A stretch of 64,000 nucleotides of DNA from Anaeromyxobacter sp. (GTDB lineage: Bacteria > Myxococcota > Myxococcia > Myxococcales > Anaeromyxobacteraceae). Numbering within the stretch: position 1 is the stretch's first letter; each line of letters starts with the position of its first letter. Position numbers and translations under genes: made by a program. Where the stretch lies: contig JASGJN010000020.1 of assembly GCA_049840735.1 (NCBI GenBank), positions 512,001 through 576,000 of the forward strand. Reading direction: 5' to 3'. The notes below the pieces were generated by a model. That model was not told the DNA's origin. It saw only the letters and a program-made list of their open reading frames with translations, and searched no databases. This document shows positions 8,955 to 17,611 of this stretch, piece by piece.

Positions 8955-11900
8955 CTACTTGTAGAAGTAGATGTTGTCCACCCACACCGAGGAGCCGGGG
9001 CTCCCCTGCAGCACCAGCTGCTCGAGGTGGGCGCGGGCCGTCGGGCCGCCCTGGAAGGCGGAGAACGGCACGTCGATGGAGACCCACTGGCCGGTGACGA
9101 GCGCGGGGCTGGTGACGGCGGTGAGGTTGAGCTGCCCCTCGCTGTCGTCCCCGCCGCCGAACTCGGCGTTCGCGCCGAAGTCCACCACCTTGAGGAGGAA
9201 CGAGGTGGCGTCGCCGGTCCAGATGTCCATGTGGACGTGGGTCATGGCGGTCGCGTCCACCGGGTGGCTCACGAACTCCACGCCGGCGTAGCCGAAGCCC
9301 GAGTACTTCTTGGCCGCGTCACCGGCGATGGTCACGTCGGTCACGGACGCCTGGCTCCAGGCCGCCAGCCAGCTGTCGACCGGCACGTTGTCGTAGGCCC
9401 CGGAGTAGAGGGAGATGACGTCCGTCGCGGTGCGCGCCGGCGGCGCCGGCGCGGCCGCCGTGGGCAGGCTCAGCCCCACCACGGTCACGGAGGTGAGGCC
9501 GTTCGCGGCCACGCCCTTGAACCTGGCCGTGATGTTGGTGGTGCCGGGCGCGACCGGGGTGATGACGCCGTCCGCGTCCACCGTCGCGGCGGCGGGGTTG
9601 GAGGACTCGTAGGTGAACCAGCCCGGGCCGACCGAGAGCACCTGGTGCCCGCCGGCGACGGCGTAGTCCAGCGACTGGCCCGCCACCGTGCCGGTGCTGC
9701 CGACGGTGATGGTCTTCGACTCCGTGGCGATGGCGGCCGCAGGCGCCCCGTAGGCGGACAGGTCGGCCACCTCGTACTGCACGTCGTCGAGCCAGATGAC
9801 CATGCCGCGGCCGAGATCCTGCGCCGCGTCGGCCACGAAGAAGACGCCCGGCTCGGCCGTGAGCTTCGAGGGGTCCGGCAGCGGGATGGTGAACTTCTGC
9901 CACTCGGTGGTCAGCGCGGCCTGGTGCCAGCTCACGGCGTAGGGGCTGGCGCCGTTGCGGTCGCCCAGGCCCACGCTGTCCAGCAGGTTCGGGTCGGTGG
10001 CCTTCGCCCAGAAGGTCAGGGCGTTGAAGCCGGACAGGTCGCGCGGCGCCGAGGCCAGGAACGCGCCGCCGATGTAGGCGCCGGGGCCCGGGACCGGGAC
10101 GAACATGCTGGCCGTGCCGGCGTGGTTGACGTTCGCGTCGGACGACGGGGCGCCGGCCGAGCCGCCGAAGGGCGAGTAGGCGAGATCGGTGGCCAGGGCG
10201 TCGTCGAAGACGGTCCCGCCGCCGACGGGAGGCTCCTCACCGGTGGTGTACAGGTAGACGTTGTCCACGTAGACGGTGGAGGAGGAGGACGAGAGGACGA
10301 GCTGGGCCAGGTGCGCCCGCGCCGCCAGGCCGCTGAACGCGGTGAGCGGGACGTCGACGGAGACCCACTGGCCGGTGGCGATGCCGTCGGTGACCACCGA
10401 GCCCTCGGTGTCGTCGCCGCCGCCGTAGGCGCCGTCGGCCCCGAAGTCCACCAGCTTCACGTCGACGTGGGTCGCGTCCGGCGTCCAGGCGTCCAGGTGG
10501 AAGCGGGTCATGGCCGTCGCGTCCACGGCCGGGAACTCGACCCCGGCGAACTGGAGGCCGGTGTACTTCTTGGCCGCGTCGCCGGCGATCTGGAGGTCCT
10601 CCACCGCGGCGCTGTCCCAGTCGGCCGACCAGGTGGTGACCGGCAGCTCGGCGTAGGCCCCGGAGAGGAGCGCCTTCACGTCGGCGGCGTCGCGGGCCGG
10701 CGGCGTGGGCGCCGGGGTGGAGGGCGTGGGCAGCGGCTCGGCGTCGCCCACGTAGAGGTACAGGTTGTCCAGGTAGACGGTGCTGTTCGAGCCGGAGAGG
10801 ATCACCTGCGCCAGGTGGGCGCGGTGGGTCAGGCCGGCGAAGCGGCTGAGCGGCACGTCGATGGAGACCCAGGTGTCCTGCGCCAGCGCCGGGCTGCTGC
10901 TCCCGTCGAAGATCAGCTCGTGCTCGGCGTCATCCCCGCCGCCGTAGGCGCCGTCGGCGCCGAAGTCCACCAGCTTCACCTTGATGAGCGTGGAGTCGTG
11001 CGTCCAGACGTCCGCGTGGAAGCGGGTGGTGGCGCTGGCGTCCACCGGCGGCAGCTCGATGCCGGCGTAGAGCAGGTTGGAGTACTTCTTGACCGGATCC
11101 GAGAAGAGCGCCAGGTCGGCCACGTCGGCCGAGTCCCACTCCGCCGACCAGGTGGTGACCGGCACGGCGGCGTAGGCGTCGGAGAAGAGCGACACCACCT
11201 CGGCCGCCGGGCGGGCCGGGGGCACCGGCGCCGCGCTGGCCGGCATGTTGGCCTCGCTGACGTTGACGGTCAGGGCGCCCTGGGCGTCCACCGTGCCCAG
11301 CCGGGCGGTGATGACGGCCGTGCCCACCGCCTGCGCGGTGGCCAGGCCGTCGGCGTCCACGGTGGCCACGTCCGCGGCGGAGGAGGAGAAGGTGAGATAC
11401 CGGGCCGACATGGACTCGGTCACCGGCACGTTGTTCACCGGGAAGGTGACCGTGATCTCGCTCACCTGGGCGGTCGTCCCCACCTCGCGGGCGACGGTCT
11501 CCTCCTTGATGGACGGCACCGGCGCGCCGAGCACCGAGGCGTCCAGCGCCTCGAACTTCATGTCGTCGAGCCAGAGGGTGTAGCCGCCGGTCTCCGCCTC
11601 TGCGAAGTAGAAGAGCCCGGCCTCGGACGCGAGCACCGAGGGATCGGGGAGCGGCAGCACGACCTTCTGCCAGTCGGTGCCAACCGCCAGCTCGCCGAGG
11701 TGGACGTCGTGCGCGACGTTGCCGGTGTTGTCGTTGCCGAAGCCCACCACGTCCACCGTGGCCGGCGCCGAGGCCTTGGCCCAGAAGGTCAGGGCGTTGA
11801 AGGTGCGCAGGTCGCGCGGCGAGGTGGACTTGAGCACGCCGCCGGTCCAGCCGGTGGTGGGCACCCCGATCCGCAGCGAGGCGCTGCCGGCATGGGCCAC

Positions 11901-12092
11901 CGTGGTGTCCTTGCCGAGGTCCGCGACCGCCCCGTCCCCGAACATCTCGAACGTGACGCCGCTGGCGAACTCGTCGTCGAAGACCTTGTCCAGCACCTCG
12001 GGCTTGGGGGCGGACTCGCCCTTGCAGCCGATCAGCATGAAGGCTGCGAGCGCCGGGACGGCGAGGCTCGACAGCCAGTTCCGAGAAGTCAT
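8955..12092 (-). CDS. Large modular lipoprotein with repeated carbohydrate-binding-like domains and Big_2 domains; no catalytic motif seen
   Basis: Lipobox LIGC; two VFDD...RDLxxFNALTFWAKA...WQKxxxPLPDPS modules, three PARxAxxVxxLxSxAY...VDFGA...DN modules and two Ig-like linkers. Confidence 0.75.
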   Translation of the reverse strand: MTSRNWLSSLAVPALAAFMLIGCKGESAPKPEVLDKVFDDEFASGVTFEMFGDGAVADLGKDTTVAHAGSASLRIGVPTTGWTGGVLKSTSPRDLRTFNALTFWAKASAPATVDVVGFGNDNTGNVAHDVHLGELAVGTDWQKVVLPLPDPSVLASEAGLFYFAEAETGGYTLWLDDMKFEALDASVLGAPVPSIKEETVAREVGTTAQVSEITVTFPVNNVPVTESMSARYLTFSSSAADVATVDADGLATAQAVGTAVITARLGTVDAQGALTVNVSEANMPASAAPVPPARPAAEVVSLFSDAYAAVPVTTWSAEWDSADVADLALFSDPVKKYSNLLYAGIELPPVDASATTRFHADVWTHDSTLIKVKLVDFGADGAYGGGDDAEHELIFDGSSSPALAQDTWVSIDVPLSRFAGLTHRAHLAQVILSGSNSTVYLDNLYLYVGDAEPLPTPSTPAPTPPARDAADVKALLSGAYAELPVTTWSADWDSAAVEDLQIAGDAAKKYTGLQFAGVEFPAVDATAMTRFHLDAWTPDATHVDVKLVDFGADGAYGGGDDTEGSVVTDGIATGQWVSVDVPLTAFSGLAARAHLAQLVLSSSSSTVYVDNVYLYTTGEEPPVGGGTVFDDALATDLAYSPFGGSAGAPSSDANVNHAGTASMFVPVPGPGAYIGGAFLASAPRDLSGFNALTFWAKATDPNLLDSVGLGDRNGASPYAVSWHQAALTTEWQKFTIPLPDPSKLTAEPGVFFVADAAQDLGRGMVIWLDDVQYEVADLSAYGAPAAAIATESKTITVGSTGTVAGQSLDYAVAGGHQVLSVGPGWFTYESSNPAAATVDADGVITPVAPGTTNITARFKGVAANGLTSVTVVGLSLPTAAAPAPPARTATDVISLYSGAYDNVPVDSWLAAWSQASVTDVTIAGDAAKKYSGFGYAGVEFVSHPVDATAMTHVHMDIWTGDATSFLLKVVDFGANAEFGGGDDSEGQLNLTAVTSPALVTGQWVSIDVPFSAFQGGPTARAHLEQLVLQGSPGSSVWVDNIYFYK

Positions 12093-12166
12093 CGGGTTTC
12101 TCCCATGAGCTGCACGCGCGCGCTGTGGCTGCCGGCCTGACGCTCCCCCGGACAGCGCCGAATTTG

Positions 12167-12187
12167 TTTGTTCGGCGTACGAACTAT
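12167..12187. promoter_or_regulatory. Palindromic ROK/XylR-type operator, copy 2 (TTTGTTCG-GCGTA-CGAACTAT)
   Basis: Matches copy 1 at 18 of 21 positions; TTGACA on the minus strand at 12207-12212 upstream of the operon's first gene. Confidence 0.75.
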
Positions 12188-12400
12188 TTCGCGACCGGAC
12201 TGCGCATGTCAAGGAGCGCGGTTCAGGATTTGTGAATCAGCGGATTTATGGCTGTATAAACAGCATGTTACGCTGCGGATCGCCGGATCTGGTCAGCGCT
12301 CGCACGGCCCCGCACTGCGGCAGCGCCGCGCAGCGGCATCCTAACCCGAGAGAGCCAGATGAAGCACCCGACCAAGCCGCGCGGCCGCGCCGGCCCGAGC

Positions 12401-13513
12401 TCAATCGATGCGGGCCAGCTGCTCCAGCGCGAACGCGTAGGCCCCGAGCGCCATGGCCTCGCTGGTCCCCAGCCGCGAGAGCCCCACGCCCGTCCGCCGG
12501 AGCGGATCATAGGGCACGGTCCGGCCGCCCGGGCCGACCGGGATGCGGCGCACCTCACCCTGGAAGAAGGCCGCCCGCTCGCGCGAATCCTCGAGATCGT
12601 AGGGCCTCGCCAGCAGCCTCGGCTCCTCCCGTCCGTCCAGCCAGCGCAGCCGGCCGCGCATCGCCTCCAGCAGCGCCGGCAGCAGGTGCGGCGCCGCCGC
12701 CGAGAGCCCCCCACCCAGCACCACCAGCCCGTCCATCACCGCCACCGCCGTGGCGATGGCGTCGCCGGCCACCGCGCCCATCGCGCGCCAGGCCTCGCGC
12801 GCAGCGTCCCGGTCACCGTCGGCGGACCCGTCGGCGATGGCGGCGATCACCTTCGGCTCCGGCGCGTGCTCCGGCGCCAGCCCCGCGCGCTCGGCGTAGA
12901 CCCGCCGCACGGCGCGGATCGACGCGCCCTCCTCGACGAACACCCCGCGCTGCTCCGGGTGGCGCAGCGTCCAGACCTGCGCGGCGGCCGAGTTGTCGCC
13001 CCGCAGCAGGCGCCCGTCCACCACCAGCCCGCCGCCGAGGCCGGTGCCCAGGGTGAAGCCGATCAGCGTGCCGAAGCGGCGCGGCGCCCCGGCCGCGGCC
13101 AGCTGGCCGTTCACCCAGGGCAAAAGCCCGCCCAGCGCCTCGCCGTACGCGAAGAGCGCGCCGTCGTTGTTGATGAAGACCGGGAGCCCGAAGCGCTCCT
13201 CCAGGAGCGGCCCCAGCGCCACGCCGCCGCGGAAGGCCGGCAGGTTGGGCAGGTCGCCGATGATGCCGTGGGCGTAGTCGGCCGGCCCGGGGAAGGCGAA
13301 GGAGAGCGCCACCGCCGACCGGCCGGTGGACTGGTGCACCGCCTCGAACCCGTCCAGCAGCTGCCCCAGGCAACGGTCCAGGTCGTCGCCCAGCGTGGGC
13401 ATGCGCAACGGCTCCAGCACGGCCCGGCCGCCCTGCACGGCGTTGAAGCGGAAGCTGGTCCCGCCCGCGTCCACGGTCAGGACCACCCGCCGGTCGTCCC
13501 GCAGCGTCAGCAT
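12401..13513 (-). CDS. ROK-family sugar kinase (glucokinase-like)
   Basis: N-terminal DAGGT phosphate loop, FPGPAD, NNDG, TLGTGLGGG; no HTH. Confidence 0.88.
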   Translation of the reverse strand: MLTLRDDRRVVLTVDAGGTSFRFNAVQGGRAVLEPLRMPTLGDDLDRCLGQLLDGFEAVHQSTGRSAVALSFAFPGPADYAHGIIGDLPNLPAFRGGVALGPLLEERFGLPVFINNDGALFAYGEALGGLLPWVNGQLAAAGAPRRFGTLIGFTLGTGLGGGLVVDGRLLRGDNSAAAQVWTLRHPEQRGVFVEEGASIRAVRRVYAERAGLAPEHAPEPKVIAAIADGSADGDRDAAREAWRAMGAVAGDAIATAVAVMDGLVVLGGGLSAAAPHLLPALLEAMRGRLRWLDGREEPRLLARPYDLEDSRERAAFFQGEVRRIPVGPGGRTVPYDPLRRTGVGLSRLGTSEAMALGAYAFALEQLARID

Positions 13514-13595
13514 GCCCAGACGCTTTCATGGGGCTCGGCCGCCGGCAAGGGGGGCCGCGCGTGCCCCGGCCGGCGGGGCGGCCTATGCTCCGCGG

Positions 13596-14177
13596 GTGAG
13601 CGCCCGCGCCCTGCTGCTGGCCCTCCTCGGGCTCGCGCCGCTGGCCGCCGGGGCCGGTCCGGAGGGCGTCTACCGCATGTCCTTCCAGGCCCGCCTCGAG
13701 GCGCCGCCGCTGCTCCACCGGGACGAGCCGCTCCCCGCCGACGCGATCCTCTCCAGCTCCACTGGCGCCGGCGCGGCGCGCCTGCGGCTGCGCGCCCAGG
13801 GGCTCGTCTGCACGCTGGAGGTACGGCTCGCGCCCGGGGGCGCGCTCTCGCTGCCCGCCGGCCAGCGCTGCCCGCTGGAGCTGGACGCGCCGGCCGCGCG
13901 CGGGCACGTCCTGGCGCTCCTGGAGTCGGGCCGGGGCCAGGTGGGCGGCGGGCGGCTCAGCCTGGAGCTGCGGTTCAAGCTGGACGGGACCGTGCGCCTG
14001 CTGGAGCGGCTGCCAGGGCTGGACGTGGCCCTGCCCGGCCAGTCCGACGTCCCGGTGAAGGGGGTGGCCGAGGGGCGCGGCGAAGGGAAGCGCGACGAAT
14101 CGCGCGCCGCCGAGGAGGCCCTTCGACAGGCCCAGGGTGGCCCGGACCAGCGGGACTTGACGGGGCATCCGCGATGA
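13596..14177 (+). CDS. Exported hypothetical protein
   Basis: Signal-peptide-like N-terminus (ARALLLALLGLAPLAAGA) and beta-rich body with two Cys. Confidence 0.55.
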   Translation: MSARALLLALLGLAPLAAGAGPEGVYRMSFQARLEAPPLLHRDEPLPADAILSSSTGAGAARLRLRAQGLVCTLEVRLAPGGALSLPAGQRCPLELDAPAARGHVLALLESGRGQVGGGRLSLELRFKLDGTVRLLERLPGLDVALPGQSDVPVKGVAEGRGEGKRDESRAAEEALRQAQGGPDQRDLTGHPR

Positions 14178-14199
14178 CGGATGTTCCTCCACCACTCCC

Positions 14200-14787
14200 A
14201 TGAGCGACGCCACCCCCCTGCTCCCGCTGTTCGTGAAGCTGGCCGGCAAGCCGGTGGTGGTGGTCGGCGCCGGCCCCATGGGCACGCAGCGCGTGGGCCA
14301 GCTGGCCGAGCTCGGCGCCCGCGTGACCGTGGTCGCCCCGGAGGTCTCGCCCGAGGCCGCGGCCCGCGCCGCGGAGGTGCGCCGGAGGGCGTTCCGGCCG
14401 GAGGATCTCGACGGCGCCTGGCTGGCCGTGGCGGCGGCGCCGCCGCAGGTGAACGCCGCGGTGGCCGAGGCCGCCGAGGCGCGGCGCATCCTGGTGAACG
14501 CGGTGGACGATCCGTCGCGCGCCACCGCCTACCTGGGCGGCGTGATCCGGCGCGGCGAGGCGGTGGTCGCCATCTCGACCGGCGGCCGCGCCCCGGCGCT
14601 GGCGGGCCTGCTCCGCGAGGCGCTGGACGCGCTGCTGCCGCAGGACGCGGCCCGCTGGGTGGAGGTGGCCGAGGCCCAGCGCGCTCCCTGGAAGCAGGCC
14701 GGCGTGCCCATGGCCGAGCGACGCCCGCTGCTGCTCGAGCGGCTGCTCGCCCTGTACGACGGGCGGCGCGCCGATCCCGCCCCCTGA
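14200..14787 (+). CDS. Precorrin-2 dehydrogenase / sirohydrochlorin ferrochelatase (CysG N-terminal part, SirC-like)
   Basis: LPLFVKLAGKPVVVVGAG Rossmann motif, NAVDDP, VAISTGGRAPALA. Confidence 0.9.
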   Translation: MSDATPLLPLFVKLAGKPVVVVGAGPMGTQRVGQLAELGARVTVVAPEVSPEAAARAAEVRRRAFRPEDLDGAWLAVAAAPPQVNAAVAEAAEARRILVNAVDDPSRATAYLGGVIRRGEAVVAISTGGRAPALAGLLREALDALLPQDAARWVEVAEAQRAPWKQAGVPMAERRPLLLERLLALYDGRRADPAP

Positions 14788-14809
14788 CGGGCGGAGGCGC
14801 CTCCTCCGC

Positions 14810-14839
14810 TTGACCAGACGCCCGTCCGTTATATAGGAT
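14810..14839 (+). promoter_or_regulatory. Sigma70-like promoter for cobA and the reductase gene (TTGACC-N18-TAGGAT)
   Basis: -35 and -10 hexamers in an AT-rich intergenic patch. Confidence 0.5.
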
Positions 14840-14891
14840 GATCCTGTCGCCGCGCAGGACGTGCGCTGCGGCGCACGAAAGCGAGGGCACG

Positions 14892-15671
14892 GTGAGCGGG
14901 TTCGTTTCGCTGGTGGGCGCGGGGCCGGGAGATCCGGAGCTGCTGACGCTGAAGGCGGCGCGGCGGCTGGCCGAGGCGGACCTGGTCCTCTACGACGCGC
15001 TGGTGAGCGGCGAGGTGCTGGCCCACGCGCGCGGCGCCCACTGCTTCTTCGTCGGCAAGCGCAGCGGCGCACCGGGCGTGAAGCAGGCCACCATCCACCG
15101 CATGCTCGTCGGGGCCGCGCGGCTGGGGAAGCGGGTGGTCCGGCTCAAGTGCGGCGATCCGTTCGTGCTCGGGCGCGGCGGCGAGGAGGCGCTGGCGCTG
15201 GCCGCGGCAGGCATCCCGCACGAGGTGATCCCCGGCGTCAGCTCGGCGCTGGCGGCGCCGGCGCTGGCCGGCATCCCGCTCACCCACCGCGGCCTGGCCT
15301 CCGGCTTCGCCGTCCTCTCCGGCCACGCCGAGGAGGCCTGGCAGCCCATCCTCTCGGCCATCGCGCCCGGCTCGCTCAGCCTGGTGGTGCTGATGGGGCT
15401 CTCGGCCCGGGCGCAGATCGCCCGCGCCCTCCTCGACCGCGGCTGGTCCCGCAGCACCCCGGCCGCCGTCCTGCTGGCAGCGTCCACGCCGCGCGCCGCC
15501 GCCTGGCACGGGCCGCTCTCCGACCTGGGCACCGCCCCGGTCGAGGAGGCCAGCCCGGGCGCGCCGGCCACGCTGGTGATCGGGCCGGTGGTGGCGCTGG
15601 CCGGCGAGACCGGCCTCGCGCCCGCGGCGCATGCCCCGCCCGCGCTGGCGGCGCAGGGAGGTGTCCAGTGA
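14892..15671 (+). CDS. cobA: Uroporphyrinogen-III C-methyltransferase
   Basis: VSLVGAGPGDPELLTLKA, YDALV, RLKCGDPFVLGRGGEE, IPGVSS. Confidence 0.95.
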   Translation: MSGFVSLVGAGPGDPELLTLKAARRLAEADLVLYDALVSGEVLAHARGAHCFFVGKRSGAPGVKQATIHRMLVGAARLGKRVVRLKCGDPFVLGRGGEEALALAAAGIPHEVIPGVSSALAAPALAGIPLTHRGLASGFAVLSGHAEEAWQPILSAIAPGSLSLVVLMGLSARAQIARALLDRGWSRSTPAAVLLAASTPRAAAWHGPLSDLGTAPVEEASPGAPATLVIGPVVALAGETGLAPAAHAPPALAAQGGVQ

Positions 15672-17467
15672 GCGGCGCGGGCGAGGCGCGGACGAGGGCC
15701 GGGTTCGCCGACCCGGCCGACGCGGATCGCTTCCTGGAGAAGCTGGGACAGTACGAGCGCGGCGAGATCGGCCCGGACGACTGGCGCGCCTTCCGCCTGC
15801 TGCGCGGCACCTACCCGCAGCGGCAGGAGGGCGTGAACATGCTCCGGGTGAAGCTGCCCCAGGGCGTGGTGGGCGCGGCCCAGCTGCGCGCCCTGGCCGA
15901 CGTCGCGGCCGGGCATTCGCGCGGGTTCCTGCACGTCACCACCCGCCAGAACGTGCAGCTCCACTTCGTCCCCACCGCCTCGCTGGGGCCGGCCATGGCG
16001 CGGCTGGCCCAGGACGGCCTCACCACCGTCGAGGCCTGCGGCAACTCGGTGCGCAACGTGGTGGGCTGCCCGGACGCCGGCGTCTCGGCGGACGAGGTCT
16101 TCGATCCCACGCCCTACGCCGAGGCGCTGACCCGCCACTTCCTGCGCCTGCCGCTGGCCTCCACGCTGCCGCGCAAGTTCAAGATCGCCTTCGAGGGCTG
16201 CGCCCAGGACCACGTCCTGACCGCCATCCACGACCTGGGCTTCCGCGCCCGGGTGGTGGACGGGCGGCGCGGCTTCGCGGTGGGCGCGGCGGGCGGCACG
16301 GCCACGCTCTGCACCTCGGCCTACCCGCTGGCGGCGTTCCTGCCGGCGGGCGAGCTGCTCTCGTTCACCGAGGCGGTGCTGCAGGTCTTCCACCGGCTGG
16401 GCGACCGGCAGAACCGCAAGAAGAACCGGATGAAGTTCCTGGTGAAGCAGCTGGGCTTCGACCGGTTCAAGGCCGAGGTCGAGGCCGAGCTGGCGGCGGT
16501 GCGCGCCCGCGGGGGCGTGCCGCTGCCGTTCGACCCCGAGGCGCCGCCCGCCGAAGGCCCGCCGGCGACGCGCGGGCCGGTCCCCTCCCCTGCCGCGCTG
16601 GCGGCGCTGGTGGCCGAGGCGCCGGTCCGCGGCCCCGGCGTGGTCCCGGCCGTCGCGACCACGCTCTCGCCCGCTCCGGCCGCGCTGGAGACCTGGCGGC
16701 GCACCAACGTGCGCCCGCAGCGCCAGGCCGGGTTCGTGCTCGCCACGGTGGCGCTGCCCATCGGCGACCTCACCAGCGGCCAGCTCCGGGCCCTGGCCCT
16801 GGTGGCCGAGGCCTACGGCGACGCCACCGTCCGGTTCACGCCGCGCCAGGACCTGGTGCTGCGCTGGGTCCCGGCGGAGGTGGTGCCGGCGCTCCACGGC
16901 GCGCTGGCCGCCGCCGGGCTGGCGCGCGACGGCGCCGGCACCGCCGGCAACGTGGTGAGCTGCCCGGGCGCCGAGTCCTGCCGCCTGGCCGTCACCCGCT
17001 CGCGCGGCATCGCCGAGGCGGTGGAGGCCCGGGTCCGCGGCGACGCCGCGCTGGCGGCCCTGCCAGCGGACGTCAACGTGAGCGGCTGCCCCAACGGCTG
17101 CGGCCAGCACCACGTCTCGGCCATCGGCCTGCAGGGCAGCGCCCGCAAGGTGGACGGCCGCCCGGCCCCCCAGTACTTCGTGCTGGTGGGGGGCGGAGAC
17201 GCCGGTGACGGGAAGGCCGCGTTCGGCCGCATCGCCGCCAAGGTCCCGGCCCGCCGCGCCCCCGAGGCGGTGGCCCGCCTGCTGGGGCTCTACCAGCGCG
17301 AGCGCGCCGCCGGCGAGGACGCCTCCCGCTTCTTCCGGCGCCTGCCCGCAGACCAGGTCAAGGCGCTGCTGCGCGATCTGGAGCCGCTCGATCCCGCGGC
17401 GGTCGATCCGCAGGACTTCGTGGACCTCGGCGACGACCAGCCCTTCGTGGTGACGAGCGAGGGCTGA
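15668..17467 (+). CDS. Ferredoxin-dependent sulfite/nitrite reductase (siroheme, 4Fe-4S)
   Basis: [25 protein letters not shown], and cluster ligands CPGAESC...[13 protein letters not shown] overlaps the cobA stop. Confidence 0.92.
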   Translation: MSGAGEARTRAGFADPADADRFLEKLGQYERGEIGPDDWRAFRLLRGTYPQRQEGVNMLRVKLPQGVVGAAQLRALADVAAGHSRGFLHVTTRQNVQLHFVPTASLGPAMARLAQDGLTTVEACGNSVRNVVGCPDAGVSADEVFDPTPYAEALTRHFLRLPLASTLPRKFKIAFEGCAQDHVLTAIHDLGFRARVVDGRRGFAVGAAGGTATLCTSAYPLAAFLPAGELLSFTEAVLQVFHRLGDRQNRKKNRMKFLVKQLGFDRFKAEVEAELAAVRARGGVPLPFDPEAPPAEGPPATRGPVPSPAALAALVAEAPVRGPGVVPAVATTLSPAPAALETWRRTNVRPQRQAGFVLATVALPIGDLTSGQLRALALVAEAYGDATVRFTPRQDLVLRWVPAEVVPALHGALAAAGLARDGAGTAGNVVSCPGAESCRLAVTRSRGIAEAVEARVRGDAALAALPADVNVSGCPNGCGQHHVSAIGLQGSARKVDGRPAPQYFVLVGGGDAGDGKAAFGRIAAKVPARRAPEAVARLLGLYQRERAAGEDASRFFRRLPADQVKALLRDLEPLDPAAVDPQDFVDLGDDQPFVVTSEG

Positions 17468-17474
17468 GGCGTCG

Positions 17475-17515
17475 GGGGCTGGGGCGTCCCCGCGCACGGG
17501 GACCACCCCAGCCCC
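17475..17515 (+). terminator. GC-rich hairpin after the reductase gene
   Basis: GGGGCTGGGG-CGTCCCCG...CGGGGAC-CA-CCCCAGCCCC inverted repeat; no U-tract. Confidence 0.35.
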
Positions 17516-17611
17516 ACCCGAGGCGCCGTCATCGCTTCACCCCGGCGCCCGCCGGGGCCATCATCTCGGCCACCAGCGCGCCGCCCTGCGCGGCGCAGGA
17601 GGCCCAAGCCC

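Noticed and set aside
12251..12264. LexA SOS box
   Set aside because: Spacing is CTGT-N4-ACAG, not CTGT-N8-ACAG.
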